Source of the DNA: a virus
Taxonomy: Duplodnaviria > Caudoviricetes
Reading direction: 5' to 3' (one strand)
IMG/VR virus record: IMGVR_UViG_3300030620_000005
Location: 1 to 64,000 of that record
DNA length: 64,000 nt
The notes beneath the pieces were generated by a model. It was not told the origin of the DNA and made no database searches. It saw only the letters and a list, made by a program, of their open reading frames with translations. Made by a program: the position numbers and the translations under genes. Positions 37,601 to 45,723 of this stretch are shown here, piece after piece; position 1 is the stretch's first letter; every line of letters starts with the position of its first letter.

Positions 37601-38051
37601 ACGCGGCACAGATGCGCGGCTGCCAGGGCGTGTACTGGTCGGGAAGGTTCTCCGCGTCGAGGACGTTCGCCACCGAGTAACGGGCGGCGTCGTAGGCGTT
37701 CGCCAGTGCAGGTGCTACGGCCGGGCGGCCGTCGCCGCGATCGTCGCCGACGGCCCACACCCACGACGGGGAGTCGCCGTCGGAGTTCCAGTGGTTCGCG
37801 CCGAAGATCCGCGCCTCGATGGGCTGCCCGATCCAGTTGGCGTAGTCGGCGACTTGGTCGATGAGAGCGCGCCGCTCTTCGTCGGTGAACACGCTGCCGT
37901 CGTCGCCGAGGAAGTACAGCGTGCAGTGCAGATCCTCGGCAGCCTCGCCGCCCTCGATCGCCAGCCGCGCCGCGTCCTCCGGCGTGGGCATCAGCGCAAT
38001 CATCGCGCCAGAGGTGTGCGAGCCGTCAGCGGCGGCCGTGAGCGAACCCAT
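34611..38051 (-). CDS. Fusion of 2H-phosphoesterase-like, MuF-like and prohead protease-like domains
   Basis: DLHCTLYFLG; TCKPC...CLGGSRCRG; GVLAVEG...DGR...GRIDRIWRD...RAATLVDIPAF. Confidence 0.75.
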   Translation of the reverse strand: MGSLTAAADGSHTSGAMIALMPTPEDAARLAIEGGEAAEDLHCTLYFLGDDGSVFTDEERRALIDQVADYANWIGQPIEARIFGANHWNSDGDSPSWVWAVGDDRGDGRPAVAPALANAYDAARYSVANVLDAENLPDQYTPWQPRICAAYSDELDLIIALEERLGSVTFDRVRVAFAGEHTDIPLGGDVTASARVLTPRWDEDVVHVEVETNRGGALLLDAMCTAAEGLAAELGVPVRVTGRTRTTARTAAAGPLRRQPTELELASRADFTQMDKAWHEAVDGTVEAWASVQEAMRAEITASIQAAAEADNLDLLDGLTVDTEDGARLLIARMIAYAREAGEQQQAEAEAQGVDIPEWSLDDEALTAAAIRDRLRQIGRTAASVLGVGLVQSAVRQAMRVWGSGSPSQVAGQVDEHLTGLSGAAVEEQVGAAMSAAQNEGRMAVLAVAPPAEYTATEILEPGRTCKPCRDIDGTRYTTLPDARTAYPSGGYINCLGGSRCRGTLVTVWPQADEQAAAGMILSANADTMPHQTTNMEGTMPYRVQQDHPDCGADTPWAVIKEMTDELMGCHATEAEAMEQQAALYAEEGDRMQRDDEDDDERGLDYAGDTAPWEGVLAVEGIVTGDGREFAPGALQWADLPVPLRWNIEDSHGGEPHTVAVNVGRIDRIWRDDNKIMGAGVIDLSDDNGRRAYDKLKGEFLRGVSIDADSIADADVEFVWPDDVNAGAGEGDEDDLFEMLFAQPEKMIFHGGRIRAATLVDIPAFAEAYVALLDEQGAIVAGGQPVGETAVLALAVQEMGAVGTHDTATSDEPWDAGANEKRIDSPLTLAKARAAYGWYDGDAVEAGELAKSAAKFLHHEISADGTVGAANLAACSASIGALHGARGGTSIPEADRRGVYDHVAAHLRDAGREPEPFRSVHALAASGSVWAPPTAWFTDPGLSLPTPITVTDDGRIYGHAAQWGSCHIGQEGVCVQPPHEEQHPYYRTGEVKCDDGSRVAVGQITVGTGHAPLHMGASPAAEHYDNTGAAVADVAVGNDAHGIWVAGAVRPGADPLKVYELQAAGQVSGDWRRIGGQLRLVGLLAVNVPGFPVPKMRARVASGEPQALVAAGRPTVAWGRSQEQTERDAVRIVMRMLSRRVHPGGR
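36466..36499 (-). promoter_or_regulatory. Late promoter motif inside the fusion gene
   Basis: CCGGAATGATC-N17-CACAAT, then GGAGG and an in-frame ATG at 36434. Confidence 0.6.
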
Positions 38052-39822
38052 TGGAACTCCGGTGGGAGACGGTGGTCAGAAACCCGGTCGTATCCAGATG
38101 CGGGGACAGCCGGCCGATCGTGAGCTGCCCGAACGCAGACAGTCGCGCCTCGTACACGCCGGACGTGCCTGGTCTGGGCAGAGTCGGGAGCTTGACCGCG
38201 GCGTGTGTGAACGGGCAGGAGTAGGCGTGTGTTGAGCACAGTGCGGGGTGGAGGAGTTCGGGCGGCCGACCGGCGGCGAATCTGACGGCGTGTAGGGCTT
38301 TTGCTTGTTGGGCCATGCGTTCGTCGCGGGCGCGTGCTGCTTCGGCGCGCGCGGCTTCGGCGGGTGGTGGTTCGCTGGGTGTGTCGGGCGGTGTCCGGTC
38401 TTCTGGCTGATCCGTCTCCGGCTCGGTGGTCTGGCCGGGGCGCGCGGCGGCGACGGGTTGGATGGTGACTTGTTCGCCGGTGAGTTCGGTGATGGCGGAT
38501 GGGGCTCCGGTGGGGAGGGTGTGGATGACGATCTTGAGGGCTTGTTCCTTCAGCTCGTCGTCGCTGGGTTTGTCGGCTTCGGTGAAGCCGGTTTCGCGGC
38601 GGAGTGCGTCGCCGTTGATTTCGAGGCGGTCGTAGAGCTGGATGGCGTCTTGGCTGCGGTCGGGGCGGAGGGTGAGTTCGGACATGTCGTACCAGACGAC
38701 CCAGCTCGCCCAGTCTTCGACGCGGGAGGCTTGAAGCCGGGGCTGGAGGTAGCCGGTGGTGAGGGCTTGGGCGATGAGTTCGGCGTCGGGGGCGACGTTG
38801 ACTTTCAGGTTGGTTTCGTCACTCAGCCAGCCGTTCCAATGGTTCAAATCGGACATGCCGAGCAGCACTTCGGGTGGGATGTTGAGCTGCGAGGCGAGGC
38901 GTTTGATGGCGCTGTCGCGCTTCTCGATGATCTTGTCGTCGATGCGCAGCGTGAAGTCGAGGTGCTGGAACTTCCCGATCAGTTCTTCCGGCACCTTGAT
39001 CGGGATTGGCACGATGGCTGCCGCTGTCCCTGGCGTACGGATCGCCTCAGCAGCGAGCTCGATCCACTCGGCCACGAACGGGTCCGGCGCGTCAGCGAAC
39101 TCTTCTCGCACCGGGAAGGTGGCCTCGGACGGAATGAACCACACGCCAGCGCTGGCAAGTCGGCTGAGGTACTGGCTGATGATGTGCCGGTTCACCAACT
39201 CCAGCTCGCGCATGGTGGTGCGGGCCGCGCGGGCGGGGCTGTCGGCAACATGGTGGTAGCGCTTGTTGGGGCGCCATACCCGGATGGGGGCCATGGAGTC
39301 GGGGGCGAGGGGGCGCCAGTTGTAGCCGTCGCGGGGGTTGTTTTCGTCGATGACTTCGTAGTGGCCGCGTGCTGCGCGTACTTCGTCGATGGACCGGACA
39401 GCCCACTTCTCGATGCCGCCCACGTTTTCGACGATGACGTAGCCCTCACCGGGGACTGCGAGTTGGGTGCCGAGGCCGTTCATGATTTGGGCTTGTCCGG
39501 CGACGCCTCCGGCGAAGGTGGTCATCAGCTCGACGGCGGTGCCTGCTTCGGCGCGTACGGGTTCGTCGGCTCCGGGTTCGAGTTTCGCGGCGTAGAAGCG
39601 GATGCGGGAGAGCATGTTGGCTTCCCAGTCGGCGGCGTATCGGAATTCGCCGAGGTCTGAGTAGTACTGCCAGGCTTCTTCTTGCCAGGTGTCGGGGGTG
39701 CGGATGAGTTCGGTGCGTGGGTTGGTGACGGGGGCTGCGGCGGCGGTGAGGGCGTTGGGTTGTGTGGGCGCGTGCGGGATGGGCGCGGCGCTTCGTCGGG
39801 TGAAGGCGTGCCACCAGGCCAT
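38026..39822 (-). CDS. Portal protein
   Basis: 598 aa between terminase and head genes; WQEEAWQYY...GEFRY, HWNGW. Confidence 0.85.
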   Translation of the reverse strand: MAWWHAFTRRSAAPIPHAPTQPNALTAAAAPVTNPRTELIRTPDTWQEEAWQYYSDLGEFRYAADWEANMLSRIRFYAAKLEPGADEPVRAEAGTAVELMTTFAGGVAGQAQIMNGLGTQLAVPGEGYVIVENVGGIEKWAVRSIDEVRAARGHYEVIDENNPRDGYNWRPLAPDSMAPIRVWRPNKRYHHVADSPARAARTTMRELELVNRHIISQYLSRLASAGVWFIPSEATFPVREEFADAPDPFVAEWIELAAEAIRTPGTAAAIVPIPIKVPEELIGKFQHLDFTLRIDDKIIEKRDSAIKRLASQLNIPPEVLLGMSDLNHWNGWLSDETNLKVNVAPDAELIAQALTTGYLQPRLQASRVEDWASWVVWYDMSELTLRPDRSQDAIQLYDRLEINGDALRRETGFTEADKPSDDELKEQALKIVIHTLPTGAPSAITELTGEQVTIQPVAAARPGQTTEPETDQPEDRTPPDTPSEPPPAEAARAEAARARDERMAQQAKALHAVRFAAGRPPELLHPALCSTHAYSCPFTHAAVKLPTLPRPGTSGVYEARLSAFGQLTIGRLSPHLDTTGFLTTVSHRSSNGFAHGRR

Positions 39823-39860
39823 TTCGTCTCCCGCGTTCCCTGTGGGTGGGTCTGCGGGTG

Positions 39861-39893
39861 ACGGTAGGCACTAGCCGGGGAAGATCATTCCGG
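39861..39893 (-). promoter_or_regulatory. Late promoter motif before the portal gene
   Basis: CCGGAATGATC-N16-TACCGT. Confidence 0.75.
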
Positions 39894-39911
39894 GCGTGGG
39901 ACGATGACCGC

Positions 39912-40370
39912 ATGGCCCACACCCAGAACTTCACCGGCGTCCTCGCCGTCCTCCACAAGGCCACATCCGACGGGCGACGCCTCGACGACCCGAACCCGGA
40001 ACTCACCTGCCCCCTGCCGATCCCTCTCATGACGGAAGACGGCAGCCCTGCTGGCCGCATCGACCGCGTGTGGCGCGACGAGGACCTGATCCGCTACAGC
40101 GGGCGCCTTCTCTCGGAAACGGCTCAGGCACTCGTCGACGCCAAGCTTGTCGTGGGCAATCTCGACGCCTACGCAGCGCAGTGGGACAACCGATACAAGG
40201 GCCTCGTCGTGGACGACGGTGTGCCTCTGGACGCCGACCCGTCCGACTTCGAGATGATCGCGCACGACTGGCTCATCGCAGGCGCCACGCTGGGACCGTC
40301 GTACAGGAAGGCGTGGCCGGAAGTGTCGCTCACCTTGGACGACGCCGATCCGCAGCACGGTGAGGCATGA
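39912..40370 (+). CDS. Stand-alone paralog of the prohead protease-like domain, opposite strand
   Basis: GVLAV...TSDGR...LPIPL...GRIDRVWRD...IAGATL aligns with the 34611-38051 protein. Confidence 0.7.
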   Translation: MAHTQNFTGVLAVLHKATSDGRRLDDPNPELTCPLPIPLMTEDGSPAGRIDRVWRDEDLIRYSGRLLSETAQALVDAKLVVGNLDAYAAQWDNRYKGLVVDDGVPLDADPSDFEMIAHDWLIAGATLGPSYRKAWPEVSLTLDDADPQHGEA

Positions 40371-40399
40371 CCGAGCAGGAAGCCTAACTGATCATCCGC

Positions 40400-40609
40400 A
40401 TGGAGATGGCCTTCGCGGACGAAGGCATCGGACCGAAGCACCTTGTCGTGGACGGCGAATACGTGATGCCGGACAAGGCAGACAAGGAAGTCCGGAGCGA
40501 AGCCGTCCGGGTGGCTGGGCATCTGTTCGACGAGCACTACGACCTGTGGGACATCGGTCTCGTGCCGGACGAGGCGCACTTCCCCCGCTGCATCAAGCAT
40601 CGCCACTGA
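40400..40609 (+). CDS. Hypothetical protein
   Basis: 69-aa ORF; start uncertain. Confidence 0.45.
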   Translation: MEMAFADEGIGPKHLVVDGEYVMPDKADKEVRSEAVRVAGHLFDEHYDLWDIGLVPDEAHFPRCIKHRH

Positions 40610-40829
40610 GCATGTGAGGGAGCCGCCTGCGGAACGCCCGAACGCAGACGGCCCCCACCCCACCACAAGAGCCCGGGGGGAACCGGCCCTCACCGTCACC
40701 ATCCCACGCCTGAGACCGCACCCATTCCGAACGCGCGAGAGCCGCCTGCCCGTACCCCTACGGCAGACGGCACCAGACGAGGCCCATGCTCTGGCGGGCG
40801 GGCCTCGTACCCATGACGCGCCCCAGACG

Positions 40830-41027
40830 CTACGCCCACGCCAACTCGGCCGGTTCCATCATCGGATCGGCATCCGCCTCGTCCAGCCAAAAATCAAGAT
40901 GCGGCTGGCAGAGAAAAACACTGTGCCCGTGATAGAGCCCCAGCCTGGCGACAACCGGCCCGCAGTCAATGTGATCCGGAGCCACGCACGGGCATCCCGT
41001 ACTGGTGTGATCGTGGAGGCACTTCAC
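40830..41027 (-). CDS. Small Cys/His-rich protein
   Basis: GTGA-coupled ORF. Confidence 0.5.
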   Translation of the reverse strand: MKCLHDHTSTGCPCVAPDHIDCGPVVARLGLYHGHSVFLCQPHLDFWLDEADADPMMEPAELAWA

Positions 41028-41200
41028 GCCCGCTCCTGCTCCCGCCGCGAAGAGCCCTCGGCGCCCCAACCGCGCGGCGGCCGCGCGTCAGACGTCTCGT
41101 TGAAGTCGTACTTGTAGTAGTAGCCCGCACCAGCAGTGATCAGGTGTCCCGTCTCGGGATCGATGCGCGGCGCCCGGTAGTACCGCTTCTCAATCGGCAT
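41024..41200 (-). CDS. Small hypothetical protein (58 aa)
   Basis: Manual translation MPIEKRYYRAPRIDPETG... Confidence 0.5.
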   Translation of the reverse strand: MPIEKRYYRAPRIDPETGHLITAGAGYYYKYDFNETSDARPPRGWGAEGSSRREQERA

Positions 41201-41209
41201 GCCCAGATC

Positions 41210-41644
41210 CTAAGCCCACTCCTGCGCCGCGAGCAGCGCCCCGACCGCCCACACCGCAGGCCACACCAGCAACGGCACCGGCAGCCCCACCGACGCCCAC
41301 ACACCGCCCGTCACCGCGAGAGCCACCCAGCCGGACGCGCACCACGGGCACGACAGCAACTCCGCCAACCAGAACGGCGACCGCTTCCACCGACGGGCAT
41401 AGATCTGCAACTCGCCATCAACCAGGCTGAACATGCCTAGACCCCGGACGTTCTTCAGGACGCCCTCGTCGACTTCGCCTGTCGGGAACGCCTCGTGGTG
41501 CTGCTCCTTCATCGTCGGCTCACGCCAGCCGCCGACGAGCCGGTCACGCAGCCACAGCACGGGCGGAAAAGTGTCGGCCACAACGAGCCGCGTAAGCCGG
41601 TACACCGCGAGCGACATCACGAGCAGCAGCAACCAAGTCTCCAT
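41210..41644 (-). CDS. DUF1360-like membrane protein
   Basis: YRLTRLVVAD...ELLSCPWCASGW. Confidence 0.75.
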   Translation of the reverse strand: METWLLLLVMSLAVYRLTRLVVADTFPPVLWLRDRLVGGWREPTMKEQHHEAFPTGEVDEGVLKNVRGLGMFSLVDGELQIYARRWKRSPFWLAELLSCPWCASGWVALAVTGGVWASVGLPVPLLVWPAVWAVGALLAAQEWA

Positions 41645-41648
41645 GCCG

Positions 41649-44048
41649 TCAACGTACGCGCCCGCCAACAATCTGCTTTCTGGCCAGATCGCCACCCAAC
41701 GAACCCTGACCACGCGACGCCGTCCCCACCAACTTCAGATGCCACGCGGTCCACACGCAGTTGTGCACGAGGATTCCGTTCGCATAGAACTCGTGCTCAC
41801 CCTCGATCGTCAGGTCGTACACGGGCTGCCTTGTTTCGAGCGCGGAGATGCGCTCCACACGAGTTCGAGCACGTCGCCGGAACCGGCTGATACTTGCTCT
41901 GCATGAACTCCCCTCCGCAGATCGGGCAGTTCGCCGGCTTGCGATACCGGTCAGCGCGGTCAGCAACACGACGCATGCACGCAGGAGAGCAGTACCGCGA
42001 CTCCTTGAAGCCGCGCGTCTCGTAAGGCCTGTCACATGCTTGGCAGACCTCCGTGCGGTACTCCTGCTTGGCGTAGACATCCTTGCCGTGCTGTCGATGC
42101 CACTCGCGTCCCTCATCGCTGCTGTGCCACTCGGCAGCCATGGGGCGAATGCTCGCCAGGTGCTCCAGCCATTCCGGGCTATCGAGGTCCCGTTCGTGTT
42201 CGTGGAGCAGGGCGTGCTCCTTGCGGGTGACGCACCGGAGGTTGCTGGACTCGTTGTTGAGCGGGTTGAAGTCCACGTGGTGGATGACATGGCCGCGAGG
42301 AACTTCGTCAGCGCCGTTCGCAGCCTTCCAGACCTCGACGTGGAGCTGACCCATCCTGGGTATGCGCCGGCTGTTCGCGTAGGCAGTGAAGTAGACCCTC
42401 GACGAGCGACTCTTCGACAGAGGGAAACGAGTGAACGTGATGCCGTTGAAAACGACCGACTCAGTCTGTTTGGGCATACGTCAATTCTATCGCCCCAGAC
42501 CATCTCATCCACTCGAATGAACCCATTTTGTTCGGTCCATACCTTGTGATCTGGAGTGGCCGTGAACGCCCCGGCCGTCGTCACGACACGCATCACCTCA
42601 GCGCTCGGACGCGTCATGCCAGACCACGTCACACGGCGCCACCCGGCCCGCGTCCACGCCAAGTCGTCCGTCGTCACCTCCTCAATCGGGATCTGCCCGC
42701 GACGGGTAGTGACCAGAGTCCCGGCAACAAGGCACGCGTCCAATCGGTCCGGTGACCAGCCCGCTTCCGGGTACCAGGTCGCCATCTGGTCCTCCAGCTT
42801 CGGGAACTCGCCGGCGTGGTGCCACCTGTTCTGTGCAGTGAGCGCCGCCACGGGCTCCGCTCGCACCGCCTTGCCCCTGGTCGCGGTGACCGTGCGGATC
42901 GGAATGTCCACGCCGAGCGCGTCGGCCGCCGTGCGCAGCGTCGCGACGGCCATGTCCCCTCCAAAATTTCGCTCTACGACCAAGTCGTCTGCTTCCCAGT
43001 CGATCGCGGCCTGCACCGCGCGCCGGCCCCATCCGTCGGGCGACAACTGGCAGGACCGGTCGTCGAGGACGTAGCCGTGATGCTGCGGCCGGCCGCCATC
43101 CCCAGGAAGTACGAGGCCGGACTTCCCGACCACGACGATGCCCTGCTCCCCGGCGCCGCCGGACGGGTCGACGCCGACGGTGATTCGTACGAGGTCGGGT
43201 ACGTCGCCGGGCCGTACGCGCGCTTCGTCGATCATCGTGTGTTGCCAGAGCGCGTTCTCGTCTTCTTCGATCAGCTCGCCGTACAGTTCCTGACGGCCGA
43301 GCTGCGTGCCCGCATACCGTTCCTCGAGGGAGGCTTTGATGTCCTCGGAGATGTGCGGGTTGTCGCGGTAACTGGCGTGCGTCAGCATGACGTTCGCGAC
43401 CGCTCCGGAGTGCAACTGCTTGATGAGCGGCTTCGGCTTCGGCGTGGTCGAGGCGACCCAGTGCGGGCGCGGGCCGACACGGAGGCCGAACCGCATGTGG
43501 TCCCAGGCGTCGTCGAGGTGCCGCCACGCCGCCAACTCCTCCAGCCACGCGAGGCATCGGTTACCGCCGGACCGTAGGCGGTCGACGTCGTTGGGTCCTT
43601 CCGTGCCGAAGATCTTCGCCTCGGATCCGTTGGGCCAGCGGACGATGGTGCTGCCCTTGACGGTGGCGAGCTTCGCTTCTGGGCTGTGGACGCTCAGCCC
43701 GGATGGCCCGGAGAAGCAGGAGGTGACGGCGTCGCCTTGGGTGGGGCCGATGATGGCGATCCAGTGCGGGATCGGGCCGGGTAGGCAGGGCGGTCCGTGG
43801 ACGTGCTGGTGGACGTACGCGGCACACGCGTCCGTCTTGCCCGCCATCCTGCCGGCGAGCAACAGCCACCCGTAGAAGTCGCCGGGCGGCGGCACCTGGT
43901 GGGGAAGCGGAGTCCACCTGGGTTTCGTCAGCGCGTCGTAGAGGCTGCCCACGTCCGCAGCCGATCGGATAGCGGCCTCCGCGAATTCGGCGCGCGTGTT
44001 CCCCCGCTCCTGCTGGAGTGGGAAGAAGCTTTCCCAGTCGACGCCCAT
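41649..44048 (-). CDS. terL: Terminase large subunit, intein-containing
   Basis: LAGRMAGKT Walker A, WLEELAAW Walker B, VGVDPS nuclease motif, SPDRLDA/CVW; start supported by the promoter motif. Confidence 0.93.
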   Translation of the reverse strand: MGVDWESFFPLQQERGNTRAEFAEAAIRSAADVGSLYDALTKPRWTPLPHQVPPPGDFYGWLLLAGRMAGKTDACAAYVHQHVHGPPCLPGPIPHWIAIIGPTQGDAVTSCFSGPSGLSVHSPEAKLATVKGSTIVRWPNGSEAKIFGTEGPNDVDRLRSGGNRCLAWLEELAAWRHLDDAWDHMRFGLRVGPRPHWVASTTPKPKPLIKQLHSGAVANVMLTHASYRDNPHISEDIKASLEERYAGTQLGRQELYGELIEEDENALWQHTMIDEARVRPGDVPDLVRITVGVDPSGGAGEQGIVVVGKSGLVLPGDGGRPQHHGYVLDDRSCQLSPDGWGRRAVQAAIDWEADDLVVERNFGGDMAVATLRTAADALGVDIPIRTVTATRGKAVRAEPVAALTAQNRWHHAGEFPKLEDQMATWYPEAGWSPDRLDACLVAGTLVTTRRGQIPIEEVTTDDLAWTRAGWRRVTWSGMTRPSAEVMRVVTTAGAFTATPDHKVWTEQNGFIRVDEMVWGDRIDVCPNRLSRSFSTASRSLVSLCRRVARRGSTSLPTRTAGAYPGWVSSTSRSGRLRTALTKFLAAMSSTTWTSTRSTTSPATSGASPARSTPCSTNTNGTSIARNGWSTWRAFAPWLPSGTAAMRDASGIDSTARMSTPSRSTARRSAKHVTGLTRRAASRSRGTALLRACVVLLTALTGIASRRTARSAEGSSCRASISRFRRRARTRVERISALETRQPVYDLTIEGEHEFYANGILVHNCVWTAWHLKLVGTASRGQGSLGGDLARKQIVGGRVR
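41651..41683 (-). promoter_or_regulatory. Late promoter motif (leaderless, divergent copy)
   Basis: CCAGAA-N21-TACGTT-N6-ATG. Confidence 0.55.
41797..42477 (-). CDS. HNH homing endonuclease overprinted inside the intein in another frame
   Basis: IHHVDFNPLNNESSNL HNH motif plus CQAC/CSPAC and CPIC/CSNSC zinc fingers; own ATG and TGA. Confidence 0.9.
   Translation of the reverse strand: MPKQTESVVFNGITFTRFPLSKSRSSRVYFTAYANSRRIPRMGQLHVEVWKAANGADEVPRGHVIHHVDFNPLNNESSNLRCVTRKEHALLHEHERDLDSPEWLEHLASIRPMAAEWHSSDEGREWHRQHGKDVYAKQEYRTEVCQACDRPYETRGFKESRYCSPACMRRVADRADRYRKPANCPICGGEFMQSKYQPVPATCSNSCGAHLRARNKAARVRPDDRG
42484..42489 (-). promoter_or_regulatory. -10 box for a leaderless HNH transcript
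   Basis: TAGAAT 6 nt before the HNH ATG; no Shine-Dalgarno; no clear -35. Confidence 0.55.
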
Positions 44049-44054
44049 GGTCGG

Positions 44055-44087
44055 ATTGTGGCTGCTGTTCGAGGGTGTGCTGTCCGG
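44055..44087 (-). promoter_or_regulatory. Late promoter motif before terL (leaderless)
   Basis: CCGGAC-N21-CACAAT-N6-ATG. Confidence 0.6.
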
Positions 44088-44199
44088 AGCGGGGGTTGGT
44101 TGTTGTCTCGTACGCTGGCCGTGCGCCAGGGCCTCATGTCCCTCATTGACCCGTGGGCGCCCCCGGGAAGAAGCGCAAAGGGGCGCCACTCAGCGGCGG

Positions 44200-44772
44200 C
44201 TACCAGCGGTCGGGCAGACCCGAGGTGTGCTCGCCATGCCAGTGCCACAGCCACGTGCGTGCGGGGGCGTGGTGGAAGCGGGCTCCGGCTGCGAGGAGTT
44301 TGCGCCACAGGCCCCAGTCGTCGCAGGCGCTCTCCTGCTGGTCGCCGTACGGTTCGAAGCCGCCGACATCGCGTACGAGTTCGGTGCGGGCAAGGACCGT
44401 GACGGGGATGTAGTTCCGCTGGCGGAGGTCATCCGGGTCGAAGGGACGGCCGAATACGCCGGGCCACGGATCGAACGCGCGGGACGAGACCACATCGAAC
44501 CACGGATAGACCACGTCCGCGCCGGTCTCCGCGGCGCCCTTGACCAGGGTCAGGATGTGCTCGGGGCGCCACTCGTCATCGTCGTCGAGGAACGCCGAGT
44601 ACTCGGTGTCGACTGCGGCGAGCGCCCGGTTGCGGGCTGCGGCTGCGCCGATGTGCTGGTGGTCGACGTAGATGCTGGCGCCGGTGACGGGGCGGGTTTG
44701 GGCGTGGATGCTGTCGAGGGCACGGCGGAGGTAGTCGGCGCGGGGCGGGATGGTGGGGATGACGGCGGTCAC
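44200..44772 (-). CDS. GT2 glycosyltransferase
   Basis: TAVIPT, GAAAARNRAL, AFLDDDD, DDWGLW. Confidence 0.9.
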   Translation of the reverse strand: MTAVIPTIPPRADYLRRALDSIHAQTRPVTGASIYVDHQHIGAAAARNRALAAVDTEYSAFLDDDDEWRPEHILTLVKGAAETGADVVYPWFDVVSSRAFDPWPGVFGRPFDPDDLRQRNYIPVTVLARTELVRDVGGFEPYGDQQESACDDWGLWRKLLAAGARFHHAPARTWLWHWHGEHTSGLPDRW

Positions 44773-45086
44773 GCCTGGGTGGAGTGCCAAGGTTCGTCTC
44801 CGTCCTCTCGCTTGCGCCGTTCGCAGATGTCACAGACCGTTCCGCTGAGTGCGTAGTGAGTCCATTTCGGCTTGTGCGTGCGTCGCTTCCGGTCGGCGCG
44901 GTCGGCGAGGACGTTGATCATTCCTACGGTCTTAGGGGCCTCGCCGCTCAGTACTCGGTAGGCGTCTGCTGCGCCTTCGATGTAGGCCCGTTCTTCTTCG
45001 CCGAGGGAGTCTGACTCGTCGTCGTTGTCCAGGTCGGGGAGGCGTGCAATGAACTGCTTGAGCGCTTCCTCGTCGGGCGCGGCCAT
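44769..45086 (-). CDS. Hypothetical protein
   Basis: GGAGG RBS; coupled to the GT2 gene. Confidence 0.6.
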   Translation of the reverse strand: MAAPDEEALKQFIARLPDLDNDDESDSLGEEERAYIEGAADAYRVLSGEAPKTVGMINVLADRADRKRRTHKPKWTHYALSGTVCDICERRKREDGDEPWHSTQA

Positions 45087-45150
45087 GGGGTTCCTCCGGG
45101 TTTCTGGCGAACGCTCCAGGATACATTGGCCGGTCCGGCGAATGCTCGGT

Positions 45151-45723
45151 TTAGCGGTGTCGGGCGTCGCCGCGGTCGGGTCGACCGGAGGTGTTCCCGC
45201 CGCCGTGATGGTGCCAGGTCCAGCTACGCACCGGTAGGTGGACGATCTTTGCTCCGGCGATGATGCAGTCCTTCGTGAACGTGAAGTCCTCCCCGGCCAC
45301 GTTGCGGAAGCCGACCTGCTGCGCCAGTTCGGTGCGGACGAGGATGGTGATCGTCGTGGAGTGGGGGTGGGCGTTGTCCCAAGGCTTGCCGAAGAACATG
45401 GGGAACGGGTCGCGGCCACCGCGTACGCGGAACCATGGGTAGACGTAGTCCGCGCCCGTCTCGGTGGCGCAGGCGAGGAGCTGCGCTAGGTGGGTGGGGT
45501 CGAGTTCGTCGTCGCTGTCGAGGAACGCCACCCATTCGGTGGTGACTTGGTCGAGGCCGCGTTGCCGGGTCGCGGCGGCGCCCTGGTGCTGGGTGTCCTC
45601 GACGGTGATCAGCAGGTGGGGGATGGTCTGTGCGTTGACGGAGTTGATGGCGCGTTGCAGCATGCCGTTCCGCTTGCGGGCCGCGTGGTACGGGACCACG
45701 ACGGACACGAGCGGCTCGCTCAC
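45151..45723 (-). CDS. GT2 glycosyltransferase, paralog of 44200-44772
   Basis: VSVVVP, GAAATRQRGL, AFLDSDD, GEDF; shared GADYVYPWF. Confidence 0.9.
   Translation of the reverse strand: MSEPLVSVVVPYHAARKRNGMLQRAINSVNAQTIPHLLITVEDTQHQGAAATRQRGLDQVTTEWVAFLDSDDELDPTHLAQLLACATETGADYVYPWFRVRGGRDPFPMFFGKPWDNAHPHSTTITILVRTELAQQVGFRNVAGEDFTFTKDCIIAGAKIVHLPVRSWTWHHHGGGNTSGRPDRGDARHR

Larger units (their letters stand above)
41760..42734 (-). other. Intein (325 aa) in the terminase nuclease domain
   Basis: CLVAGTLV block A, TATPDHKVW block B, VYDLTI...NGILVHN blocks F/G, Cys as +1 residue. Confidence 0.93.

Noticed and set aside
41797-42477. Sequencing frameshifts as the explanation for the out-of-frame HNH
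   Set aside because: It would need two compensating errors; both frames carry meaningful sequence at the 3' overlap, and the HNH has its own ATG, -10 box and stop. Read data are needed to exclude it fully.
31790-44925. Extra GAATGATC matches near 31790 and 44916
   Set aside because: No suitably spaced -10 hexamer; both lie in Met-Ile codons and may be chance
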